Below are positions 28,477 to 37,022 of a DNA stretch of 64,000 nt, in pieces. The DNA comes from Candidatus Aminicenantes bacterium (lineage in GTDB: Bacteria; Acidobacteriota; Aminicenantia; UBA2199). The translations under genes and the position numbers were made by a program. Where the stretch lies: the NCBI GenBank assembly GCA_016934745.1, contig JAFGSF010000053.1:5325-69324 (forward strand), in the 5' to 3' direction. The notes beneath the pieces are model-generated. The model searched no databases and was not told the DNA's origin. It worked only from the letters and a program-made list of their open reading frames with translations. The first letter of the stretch is position 1; every line of letters begins with the position of its first letter.

Positions 28477-29055
28477 ATGCACATTACAACCCATGAAGCA
28501 CAAGAGTCCCTGGCTGCCATTGATGCCATGATGCAAAAGATGCGCCGCAGCGCTGCTGAGGGCGGGACGCACTATTTCTTGATCCTCTGGGGCGTTATAT
28601 GGTTTTTCGGTTTCCTGGGCTCTCATTTTTTCAGCGGGAAAATCGCTGGTTATATCTGGATGGGACTCGATATCCTTGGCGGTTTCAGCTCGTGGCTGAT
28701 TGGCAAGGCGATGCGTCGCCGCGTGCGCCATGCCGGTAACAAAATCACCAACCGGCGGGTCGCTTTGTTTTGGTTGACCTTGTTCCTCTACTGCATGCTG
28801 ACCGTTTGGATCGCCGGACCCGTGGACAGTAAAAAGCTGGCCATGTACATTGTCCTTTTTGCCATGATCGGCTGGGTCGCCATGGGTTTCCTGCTGTCGC
28901 TGTCGATTGTCCGGCTGGCCTTGCTGATTACGCTGGTAGCCTTGGCGGGATACTTTTTGCTGCCAGGCTATTTTTTCCTGTGGATGGCGCTACTGGGTAG
29001 CGGAACCATGATCGGTTGCGGCTTTTTCATCCGTTTCAGGTGGCCGTCATCATGA
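28477..29055 (+). CDS. Hypothetical integral membrane protein (about 5 TM)
   Basis: 192 aa and strongly hydrophobic. Its stop overlaps the start of the downstream winged-helix regulator (ATGA at 29052-29055). Confidence 0.6.
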   Translation: MHITTHEAQESLAAIDAMMQKMRRSAAEGGTHYFLILWGVIWFFGFLGSHFFSGKIAGYIWMGLDILGGFSSWLIGKAMRRRVRHAGNKITNRRVALFWLTLFLYCMLTVWIAGPVDSKKLAMYIVLFAMIGWVAMGFLLSLSIVRLALLITLVALAGYFLLPGYFFLWMALLGSGTMIGCGFFIRFRWPSS

Positions 29056-29354
29056 GCGGCTTGAACGAACTCATTCATCAATCGGTGCGACTGCGCATCA
29101 TGGCCGCGCTGACGGTGCTAGACCCGGGCAAGGAGGTCGATTTCGCCTACCTGCGCGGACTGCTGGAGGTGACCGATGGCAACCTGGGCGCTCACCTGCG
29201 TAAACTGGAAGACGCAGGATACATCGCCGTGAGCAAGACCTTTGTCGAGCGCAAGCCGCGTACGTTTGTGGCCGCCACGGTTGCCGGCCGTCACGTTTTT
29301 AAAGCCCACACCGAGGCCTTGAAGGCGATCCTGAAACAGGGCAGGCCAAAGTGA
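29052..29354 (+). CDS. Winged-helix transcriptional regulator (HTH_34-like)
   Basis: LIHQSVRLRIMAALTVL ... FAYLRGLLEVTDGNLGAHLRKLEDAGYI matches the small winged-helix family often paired with a membrane protein. The ATG at 29052 is preferred over the ORF-track start at 29016. Confidence 0.7.
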   Translation: MSGLNELIHQSVRLRIMAALTVLDPGKEVDFAYLRGLLEVTDGNLGAHLRKLEDAGYIAVSKTFVERKPRTFVAATVAGRHVFKAHTEALKAILKQGRPK

Positions 29355-29379
29355 CCGCTGCCGGCAGGAGGAAATTGCA

Positions 29380-30312
29380 ATGAATCCGATCATTCAAGTT
29401 GAAAAACTGACGAAGGCTTATGGGGCCATGATCGCCGTGGACGATGTGTCTTTCGCCGTTCAAAGCGGCGAGATATTTGGCATGGTCGGCCCCAATGGAG
29501 CCGGCAAGACCACAACCATTGAATGCCTGGAAGGTTTGCGCCGCCCCGATCAGGGCCGGGTCCATGTCTTGGGGTTGGATCCTGTCAGCCAGGAAAGGCT
29601 GTTGCGCCCGCAGCTTGGCGTGCAACTGCAGCAGGCCAATCTGCCTGAGCGCATCAAGGTCTGGGAGGCGCTTGATCTCTATGCTTCATTTTACTCCCGT
29701 CCGTTGGACTGGCGCAACCTGATCGAGCAACTTGGCCTGGCTGAGAAGCGCAACACGGCGTTTCGCAAGCTTTCGGGCGGACAGAAACAACGGCTGTTCA
29801 TCGCCCTGGCATTGCTCAATGATCCGCAAGTGGTTTTTCTCGACGAACTGACCACCGGCCTGGACCCGCAGGCCCGTCATGCCAGCTGGGATTTGGTGCG
29901 CAGCATCCGTGATCGCGGCAAGACCGTTTTCCTGACGACGCACTTCATGGAAGAGGCTGAACGCCTGTGCGACCGGGTGGCGATTATGGATCAGGGCCGT
30001 ATCGTGGCCTTGGATACACCCGCGAACCTGATCCGCAGCCTGAAAGGTGAAAATCGTGTGCAATTCAGCGTCGATGTCGACTTGGATGTTTCATCTTTAT
30101 CGAAGCTGCCCCATGCCGGCCGGCTGGAGAGGCACGGCGACATTTTCGTCGTTCATGGTCGCGCCACGGACCACCAGGATCAAGCTGCACTCGTCGGCGA
30201 AGTCGTCAATTTCCTCACGCTACATGGAGTTCGGTTCAGTGAACTGCGAACCGAACAAGCCAATCTGGAAGATGTTTTCCTGGCCCTCACCGGCCGGCAG
30301 ATCCGAGTTTAA
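29380..30312 (+). CDS. ABC transporter ATP-binding protein (ABC-2 / DrrA type)
   Basis: It has Walker A GPNGAGKTT, the signature LSGGQKQRL and Walker B VVFLDELTTGLD. An RBS aggagga lies upstream. Confidence 0.92.
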   Translation: MNPIIQVEKLTKAYGAMIAVDDVSFAVQSGEIFGMVGPNGAGKTTTIECLEGLRRPDQGRVHVLGLDPVSQERLLRPQLGVQLQQANLPERIKVWEALDLYASFYSRPLDWRNLIEQLGLAEKRNTAFRKLSGGQKQRLFIALALLNDPQVVFLDELTTGLDPQARHASWDLVRSIRDRGKTVFLTTHFMEEAERLCDRVAIMDQGRIVALDTPANLIRSLKGENRVQFSVDVDLDVSSLSKLPHAGRLERHGDIFVVHGRATDHQDQAALVGEVVNFLTLHGVRFSELRTEQANLEDVFLALTGRQIRV

Positions 30313-30321
30313 GGAGAATCA

Positions 30322-31068
30322 ATGATGCGCCCTTTTCTGAAAATGACCTGGATCGAAGCCAAGCTTCTGCTGCGTGAACCGATCGGCGTGTTCTTCACCC
30401 TGGCTTTCCCGTTGATGATGTTGTTTTTATTCGGTTCCATCTACGGCAACAAGCCCCTGCCGTTTTTTGCCGGCTACGGTTCGGTGGATGTCTCCGTGCC
30501 GGCGTACACGGCCATGATCATTGCTACCAGTGGCCTGTTGACCCTGAGTATCGGCATGGCCGGAAATCGTGAAAACGGCATTCTGCGCCGGCTGCGGGCC
30601 ACGCCCATGAGGCCGTTGATCATCCTGAGCTCACAGATGACCGTGATCTTCGCCATGACGGTTGCCGGCATGACGTTGTTGATTGTTGCCGGAAAAATAT
30701 TCTACGGTCTGCGCTTTAATGGCAGTGCTCTGAATGTGGCCGCCGCTTTTCTACTCAGCAGTCTGAGTTTTTTTGCCCTGGGTTTTGTCTTGGCCGGCCT
30801 GCTGCCAACGGCGCGTACGGCCCAGGTAGTGGGCATGGTGCTTTTTTACCCGATGATCTTTCTCTCGGGGTCAACCATCCCCTTGGAGTCGCTGCCGTCC
30901 GGTGTCCGTGCTTTTGCCCGCTTCCTGCCCCTAACCCATGTCGTCACCCTGCTGCGCGGCTTGTGGATTGGCGATGCCTGGAGCCGGCACGGAACCGAAG
31001 TAATCGTTCTGCTGGTTTTGCTCATTGCCTGCACCTTGGTTGCAGTTAAAACTTTTCGCTGGGAATAG
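30322..31068 (+). CDS. ABC-2 type transporter permease
   Basis: 248 aa with 6 predicted TM helices, immediately downstream of the ATPase, with RBS aaggaga. Confidence 0.85.
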   Translation: MMRPFLKMTWIEAKLLLREPIGVFFTLAFPLMMLFLFGSIYGNKPLPFFAGYGSVDVSVPAYTAMIIATSGLLTLSIGMAGNRENGILRRLRATPMRPLIILSSQMTVIFAMTVAGMTLLIVAGKIFYGLRFNGSALNVAAAFLLSSLSFFALGFVLAGLLPTARTAQVVGMVLFYPMIFLSGSTIPLESLPSGVRAFARFLPLTHVVTLLRGLWIGDAWSRHGTEVIVLLVLLIACTLVAVKTFRWE

Positions 31069-31124
31069 TGATTCGGGCGGCAGATATTTTAAAGTAAAAT
31101 TATTGAATAAATACAAGGAGATGA

Positions 31125-32999
31125 ATGATGATTAAGCAAGCGTCAATTTGCATGCGTCAAGGCAAGTTTCATTTACTGAAATGTGTGCTGCCGGTTTGCT
31201 TGGCCTTAGGCTTCAGCGCGGTATCCCCAGTTGAAATGCAGCCCAACAAGGGAAAACCTGCCTGTTTTGTCATTCGTGATGTGCGTGTGTTTGACGGCAA
31301 CAATGTGATTGAAAAAACCAACGTGCTGGTACGCGAAGGTAGAATCGAGAAGGTTGCGCTGGCCCTGAGAATTCCCGACAGTGCCCGGATCATCGAGGGC
31401 CAAGGCAAAACCCTGTTGCCTGGCCTGATCGATTCCCACACCCATATCTTTGCTGCTGGGCTGCAGCAATCCGTCCAGTTTGGCGTGACCACCGACATTG
31501 ATATGTTTACCCAGGTCGATCTTGTCCAAGCGATGAAAAAACAGCAAGCGGCGGGCGCCAATCCCGGTCGCGCCGATCTGATTTCCAGCGGCACACTGGC
31601 CACGGTTCCCGGCGGTCATGGGACTGAATACGGTTTGGTCATACCCACCTTGTCAAAACCGGAAGAGGCGCTGGCCTTTGTGGACGCCCGCATTGGCGAA
31701 GGCTCCGATTTCATCAAGATCATTTATGGTCACGGTTGGAATTTCCCGTCATTGGATAAGCGTACCATGGCCGCCCTGGTTCAAGCCGCTCACCGGCGCA
31801 ATAAACTGACCGCCGTGCATATCGATACGCTGCAGGATGCCTTTGACGCCGTTGAGTGCGGTGCCGATATCCTGGCCCATGTCTGGATCGACAGAGAAAT
31901 GACTGACAAGCTCCTGACGCTGGTCCAAAAAAAACGCACGGTTTTGATTCCTACCCTGACCGTGATCAGCAGCATCTGCGGTTTGAAGCCGGGAATAACG
32001 CTGCTCCGTGATCCGCAACTCGAGCCGCTCATGGATTCGGATGTTCTGCTGGGTTTGCAGCGGGAATTCCCCATTTCGGCCTTTACGCAGGAGAATTTTG
32101 CCACGGCGCAAATGATCACCCGACTATTCAAAGAAAACCATCTGCCGGTCCTGGCTGGCACCGATGCCCCCAATCCCGGCACGGCCTATGGTGCCAGCCT
32201 GCACCAGGAATTGGAAATGCTGGTGCAATGCGGTTTTTCACCGGCTGAGGCCTTGAACGCAGCTACGGCGCTGCCGGCCGAAGTCTTTGCACTCAGCGAT
32301 CGCGGCCGCATTGCCCAGGGGTTGCGCGCCGACCTGCTGCTGGTTGAAGGCAATCCCCTGGCAGCGATCACCGACACGCGGCGCATTGCCGGCATCTGGA
32401 AGGAAGGCGTCGAACTGGATCGTTCCGGTTTCCGTGAAAAGATTGCCCGGGAGAAAAAATCCGCTGCCGGTCAGCCCACCCCCATGCCTCCGGCCGGATT
32501 GGGAACGGGTTTGGTCAGTGATTTCGATGACGGCTCCCGCAACAGCCGCTTCGGTTCGGGCTGGCTTGACTCGACCGATGCCATCATGGGTGGAAAGTCC
32601 ACGGTTGAGATAAAAATAACCTCCGCGGGAGCAGAAAACAGTCTGTATTGCCTGACCATTTCAGGTGAAGTGCTTGCCGGAGCTGCTTTTGCCTGGAGTG
32701 GCACCATCTTGTTTCCAGCCGAAAAACCGTTTGCGGCCGCCGATCTGTCCGGAAAAAAAAGCATTTCCTTCTGGGCCAGGGGCGACGGTCAGACGTACCA
32801 GGTTCTTTTCTATTCCCGGAAAACAGGTTTTATCCCGCTTTCGCAATCGTTTACCTGCAGTGCCGAGTGGCAACAATTTAATTTTGCCTTCAGCTCCTTT
32901 CCGAACCTAGACAGCACCCAGGTCACGGCCATTGCTTTTATTGCCGGTCCGCAACCGGGCCCTTTCAGATTGCAACTTGATCATATTGCATTGCAATGA
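31125..32999 (+). CDS. Secreted amidohydrolase fused to a C-terminal CIA30-like / carbohydrate-binding-like beta-sandwich
   Basis: 624 aa with a signal peptide and the metal-binding motif LPGLIDSHTHI. An LAGTDAPNPG ... region follows. The C-terminal ~170 aa (GSGWLDSTDAIMGGKSTVEI ... ISFWARGDGQTYQVLFYS) resembles CIA30-type domains. Confidence 0.7.
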   Translation: MMIKQASICMRQGKFHLLKCVLPVCLALGFSAVSPVEMQPNKGKPACFVIRDVRVFDGNNVIEKTNVLVREGRIEKVALALRIPDSARIIEGQGKTLLPGLIDSHTHIFAAGLQQSVQFGVTTDIDMFTQVDLVQAMKKQQAAGANPGRADLISSGTLATVPGGHGTEYGLVIPTLSKPEEALAFVDARIGEGSDFIKIIYGHGWNFPSLDKRTMAALVQAAHRRNKLTAVHIDTLQDAFDAVECGADILAHVWIDREMTDKLLTLVQKKRTVLIPTLTVISSICGLKPGITLLRDPQLEPLMDSDVLLGLQREFPISAFTQENFATAQMITRLFKENHLPVLAGTDAPNPGTAYGASLHQELEMLVQCGFSPAEALNAATALPAEVFALSDRGRIAQGLRADLLLVEGNPLAAITDTRRIAGIWKEGVELDRSGFREKIAREKKSAAGQPTPMPPAGLGTGLVSDFDDGSRNSRFGSGWLDSTDAIMGGKSTVEIKITSAGAENSLYCLTISGEVLAGAAFAWSGTILFPAEKPFAAADLSGKKSISFWARGDGQTYQVLFYSRKTGFIPLSQSFTCSAEWQQFNFAFSSFPNLDSTQVTAIAFIAGPQPGPFRLQLDHIALQ

Positions 33000-33071
33000 T
33001 TTCATTAAAAGCCCATACAAGGGCCCAAGTAAAATTTAATCCAGCCCAGCTGCGAAGTTTCCTGCCACGCT

Positions 33072-35843
33072 CTAAAAACTGCGGCCCAGGCGGGTATAGA
33101 AGTATGGACCGTGTTCGTGATTAAAGCCATAGGCAGCGCCCATCGCCAGGTCGAAGGCTGTGGCGCCGCCGAAGGCCAGACGCAGTATGGCCTCGCCACC
33201 GATACTGTAGGTGCTGGGCCATGGATGGGTTCCTTGCCACAGACGGCCCATGTCGAAAAACACGTTGAGGTAGACCCGGTCCAGGCTGACGGCGGGCAAG
33301 ACGGCTTTTTCAATCTTGAAAAGGGGCAGCCGGTACTCCAGGTTGAACAGGAAGCCCCTGTCGCCCTGCTGGCTGTAAGCGGGCAATCCACGTAGCAGGT
33401 CGAAGGGATGGTCGTGGCCCAGGCTGCTGACGCCTTCACCTTCGCGGCCTCCCAGCGAATAAAAATCCGCACCCGCGTTCCAACTCCTGGCCATGGCCAG
33501 GCGCCAGGCCAGCACGCCTGGCCGAAAGACGGAAATGTATTGCCGCCAGTCGGCCTGGAGGCTGCGGCGGTTGTATTTATTGCCCCACCCGGCCGGCTGC
33601 AGCGAGCATTGCAGGCTGCCACGTATCCCGTCCGCCGCTGAAATCGAGTCGTAGTATTCGCGACTGGAATTGAAAGCGATCCCCAGACGGAAACCGGTAT
33701 CGCTGCCGTGATCTTCGTGGAGACCCGAGTCATGAATGACGGTACGGCGTTCCCTGTGCAGGTCCGCGTAGGCGACCCACTGGGAGCGTCTGCGGATACG
33801 CAGCGGCCAGTGCGACTCCAGCTTCAGTTCCTGGCTGCGCCGGCTGCTGCCGCTATCGCCATCGCGATAAAAATCGGTGCAGTCGTGATAGGAAAAAGTC
33901 AGGGTCGGCAGGAGCCCGTCATAGGTATAACGACACAGTACATTGGCCCGGTGGCTTGAAAATCCGTAATAACTTTCCAGGCTGAAGCTGTGGATGCCCA
34001 ACGCATCCTGTCCGCCGGTCAGGATGCCTGCCTGGATTTCATCGCCCCCCATCCGAGCGCTGGTGGCCCAATAGCGCGGCAACACATCGCGCCAGAAGCG
34101 GTAGGGCCGGGACGCAACCTTCGGAACTGCGGCCGGCGTTTCCGCCCAGTCAACGGTTTTGATAAACTCCATGGGGGAAAATGATACCGCGGCCAGGTCG
34201 ACTTGGGCGATTTGCAGGCCGCGGCCGCTGAAATAAGTGAAATAAATATATTCAGAATTCGGGTCCAGGGAAAATTGCTGCAATCCCGTCAGGCGCGGTG
34301 CGCTGCAGATTAGACCTTGGTTTTTAAGCAGGGAGGCGGAAGCCAGCTGGGTATGCTGCTCATCGGCCCGGATAAAATAGAACTGATGGTTGCTTTTCCA
34401 GGCGGGTTGCCGGCAGTCGGCACCGGCGGCAGTGAGCACGGTATGCAGTTCTCCCGAGGTTGAAAAAATCCCGATTCCCCAGGGCTGGTCCTCATTTTTA
34501 ACCGACGCGGCGATGAGGCTTTGGTCCGGGGAAAGGCATAACTGGGCTATTCCGGAAAAGGCGCGGGAGAGCGTTTTAACTTTGCGCGTACGTGTATTGA
34601 AAAGGACCAGAAAAAAACGCCCCATGCGCCTTTGGACGCAGTATATTTCGTCAGCAGCAACTTTTTTAACCGGCTGTGAAAGGCGTTGGCCGCGCGACAG
34701 CCTTTTGGGGTGTCTTTTTTTCATGTCGAACTGGTACAAATCTGAATATTGGTTGAAATTGTGGAAATATTCCGTGGCGGAAAGGAATATGGAGTTTACC
34801 TCAGGCGCGAAGCTGAGGCTGTTCACCCCATCCATTTTGAACAAGGGCTCCATCCGGCCGCTTTTCATATCCAGTACATCAATCGTTCCCCGGCCGCGAT
34901 AGTCGCGATGGTACACGGCTAGTCTTTTCTCATCCAAACAGCATGGATATTGGTTAAAAAATCCCTTTTGTGTCAGCGGTTCGTGAAGGGGGCTGTCTGC
35001 TTGCGGATACTTCGGGGTGGACAGACTATGACGGTATTCGTCCCATAATGTCCCCAGTGGTTCTCCAAATGTGTTTTCGAAATCACGACTGTTGCTGAAG
35101 ACGATCAGGTGGTCGGTCGATTGCTTTAAATATTTCCTGAGGCTTTCCGGACCGTATTTCTCGGCCAAAAACTCGATGAATCCGCCGCCAAAAAGGTATT
35201 TGGCAGCTGGCCCCGGCCAGGCGGATGGTAAGCCGCATATGGGGCTCCAGTTCGGGAAAAGGTCATCCTGACGGGCCGCGGCCAGCATCAACTGATATGG
35301 CGGGTGATTCAAGCGGCCGTCGCCGGTAAGCTGGGATTCGCCCCAGACAGCCAATCCCTCGATGACCCAGGGAGAAAGCTGGATGGCGGGGTAAAGCAGG
35401 GGCAGGCTGCCGTAAACCCGGCGCAGGATGCGAAACGGCTCCGCCGCGGCGTTCAGGGTGAAAATATGGGTCAATTCGTGGGCCAGGACCAACTCCAGCC
35501 AAGCGTGGCTGCAGGACAGCGTCGAATCGGGCGCTGGTTCGTGGAGATTGATGCCGATCAGGTGGAATGGGAAAAAAGTGGCGAAGCCGTTGCTTTCATC
35601 GCTGCTGTCGTCAAGAACGATGCGTATCCGGCCCGCCGGTTGGTCGCGCCAGAAAGCGGCCAGTTTCACGTATGTATTCTCAGCGTTGCTCAACACGGAT
35701 TCGGCCTGTTGCCAGCAGTTGCCGGGAAAGATCACTGAAAAGTGGCCGCGGTTGATTTCCCGCCAGCGCAGGCCGGGTGGATATTTGGCTGCCAGCAACG
35801 CCAGAGCGGCCAGCCAGAATATAAAAAATATTTTTATTTTCAA
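33072..35843 (-). CDS. Large outer-membrane protein with an N-terminal HExxH metallopeptidase-like domain, a TolB-like beta-propeller and a C-terminal beta-barrel
   Basis: A signal-like KIKIFFIFWLAALALLAA is followed by HELTH in LVLAHELTHIF (about codon 133). Propeller-type repeats follow (LSFAPEVNSIFLS, LSPDQSLIAASV, LDPNSEYIYFTY). The last ~290 aa alternate hydrophobic and polar residues and end ...YTRLGRSF, with an aromatic terminus typical of an OMP beta-signal. The ORF track starts at 35876 (ATG), and the TTG at 35843 overlaps the galE stop as TTGA. Confidence 0.75.
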   Translation of the reverse strand: MKIKIFFIFWLAALALLAAKYPPGLRWREINRGHFSVIFPGNCWQQAESVLSNAENTYVKLAAFWRDQPAGRIRIVLDDSSDESNGFATFFPFHLIGINLHEPAPDSTLSCSHAWLELVLAHELTHIFTLNAAAEPFRILRRVYGSLPLLYPAIQLSPWVIEGLAVWGESQLTGDGRLNHPPYQLMLAAARQDDLFPNWSPICGLPSAWPGPAAKYLFGGGFIEFLAEKYGPESLRKYLKQSTDHLIVFSNSRDFENTFGEPLGTLWDEYRHSLSTPKYPQADSPLHEPLTQKGFFNQYPCCLDEKRLAVYHRDYRGRGTIDVLDMKSGRMEPLFKMDGVNSLSFAPEVNSIFLSATEYFHNFNQYSDLYQFDMKKRHPKRLSRGQRLSQPVKKVAADEIYCVQRRMGRFFLVLFNTRTRKVKTLSRAFSGIAQLCLSPDQSLIAASVKNEDQPWGIGIFSTSGELHTVLTAAGADCRQPAWKSNHQFYFIRADEQHTQLASASLLKNQGLICSAPRLTGLQQFSLDPNSEYIYFTYFSGRGLQIAQVDLAAVSFSPMEFIKTVDWAETPAAVPKVASRPYRFWRDVLPRYWATSARMGGDEIQAGILTGGQDALGIHSFSLESYYGFSSHRANVLCRYTYDGLLPTLTFSYHDCTDFYRDGDSGSSRRSQELKLESHWPLRIRRRSQWVAYADLHRERRTVIHDSGLHEDHGSDTGFRLGIAFNSSREYYDSISAADGIRGSLQCSLQPAGWGNKYNRRSLQADWRQYISVFRPGVLAWRLAMARSWNAGADFYSLGGREGEGVSSLGHDHPFDLLRGLPAYSQQGDRGFLFNLEYRLPLFKIEKAVLPAVSLDRVYLNVFFDMGRLWQGTHPWPSTYSIGGEAILRLAFGGATAFDLAMGAAYGFNHEHGPYFYTRLGRSF

Positions 35844-36859
35844 TGTTTTCGCGATGCCGCCAGTTTCTTCTCCCAATTCCAGGCACTGGCCACGATATCG
35901 TCCAGATGGGGCACATCCGGCTTCCAGCCCAGTTCGCGGTGGATTAGTCCGGCATCGGCGATCAGGGCAGCGGGATCACCGGGACGGCGGGCGCACTGGA
36001 CTACGGGAAAGTCGATGCCGCTGACCCTTTTGGCTGCGGCTATGACGTCGAACACCGAGTGTCCGATGCCGTAACCGCAGTTGAATACCCGGCTCTGTTT
36101 TATCGTCTTCAGGAATTCGAGTGCCAAAAGATGGGCGACAGCCAGGTCGTCTATGTGGATGTAGTCGCGAATGGCCGTTCCGTCGGGGGTGGGGTAGTCG
36201 GTCCCGAAAACTTCCAGTTCTGGATACTGTCCCAGGGCAGTTTTCAGGGCCCGGGTCAGCAGGTGGGTGGGTTGGCGGTAATCCTGGCCGATCCGCGCCT
36301 GGCGGTCGGCACCGGCGGCGTTGAAGTAGCGCAGGGCGACATAACGGAAATCGGGATTGGCGACGGCCACATCGTGCAGCATCATTTCGCTGACCAGCTT
36401 GGCATTGCCATAGGGGTTGATGGGTTGGAGCGCTGCTTTTTCGTCCACGGGTACTTTTTCGGGCATGCCATAGACGGCGGCGGTCGAGGAAAAAATGAAG
36501 TTTTCCACCCCGTTCTCCAGGCAGGTTTTGATCAGAGCCAAGCAGTTGAAGGCGTTGTTCTCGTAGTATTTCATGGGTTGGAGGACCGATTCGCCTACCT
36601 GGATGAAAGCGGCAAAGTGCATGACGCTGCGGATGGAGTACTGGCGCATGATTTTGCCCAGCCGTTCACGGTCGGCGATATCGCCGCGGATCAGTTCGCC
36701 ATAAAGGACTGCTTCGGCCCTTCCCGACGAGAGATTGTCAAAAATGACCGGTCGGTAACCCTGTTCGCCGAGATCGCGCACCACGTGGCTGCCGATGTAG
36801 CCGGCTCCGCCCGTGACCAGGATAGGCTCGCCGGCGGCAGGCGCTTTATTTTCATTCAT
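35840..36859 (-). CDS. galE: UDP-glucose 4-epimerase
   Basis: 339 aa with VTGGAGYIGSH, a YxxxK motif (YGNAKLVSE) and the typical GalE C-terminus. Confidence 0.92.
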   Translation of the reverse strand: MNENKAPAAGEPILVTGGAGYIGSHVVRDLGEQGYRPVIFDNLSSGRAEAVLYGELIRGDIADRERLGKIMRQYSIRSVMHFAAFIQVGESVLQPMKYYENNAFNCLALIKTCLENGVENFIFSSTAAVYGMPEKVPVDEKAALQPINPYGNAKLVSEMMLHDVAVANPDFRYVALRYFNAAGADRQARIGQDYRQPTHLLTRALKTALGQYPELEVFGTDYPTPDGTAIRDYIHIDDLAVAHLLALEFLKTIKQSRVFNCGYGIGHSVFDVIAAAKRVSGIDFPVVQCARRPGDPAALIADAGLIHRELGWKPDVPHLDDIVASAWNWEKKLAASRKH

Positions 36860-36942
36860 GCATGCAGTATATGAAATTGGCGTTTTTCAGTCAAGGAGAG
36901 GAGGAATTTCCTCAAAAACGTCCCCGGGGAAGCCCAGAAATC

Positions 36943-36971
36943 ATTGACATCAGGGGCAAAATTGATTATAC
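36943..36971 (+). promoter_or_regulatory. Sigma-70-like promoter TTGACA-N17-TATACT
   Basis: The hexamers lie at 36943-36948 and 36966-36971, about 50 nt upstream of ATG 37023, which has the RBS aggagga. Confidence 0.5.
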
Positions 36972-37022
36972 TTACATTTCATTTTCGTTGCTTGAAAATA
37001 ACTGAATCAACAGGAGGATTGG

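Noticed and set aside
28477-31068. Membrane protein + winged-helix regulator + ABC ATPase + ABC-2 permease, considered as a novel defence or resistance system
   Set aside because: This is a very common regulator/ABC-2 exporter arrangement. Nothing in the sequences departs from the ordinary family motifs.
36059-36874. 271-aa plus-strand ORF opposite galE, and similar ORFs opposite rpoB (1287-1967) and the S9 peptidase
   Set aside because: These are shadow ORFs of confidently identified genes.
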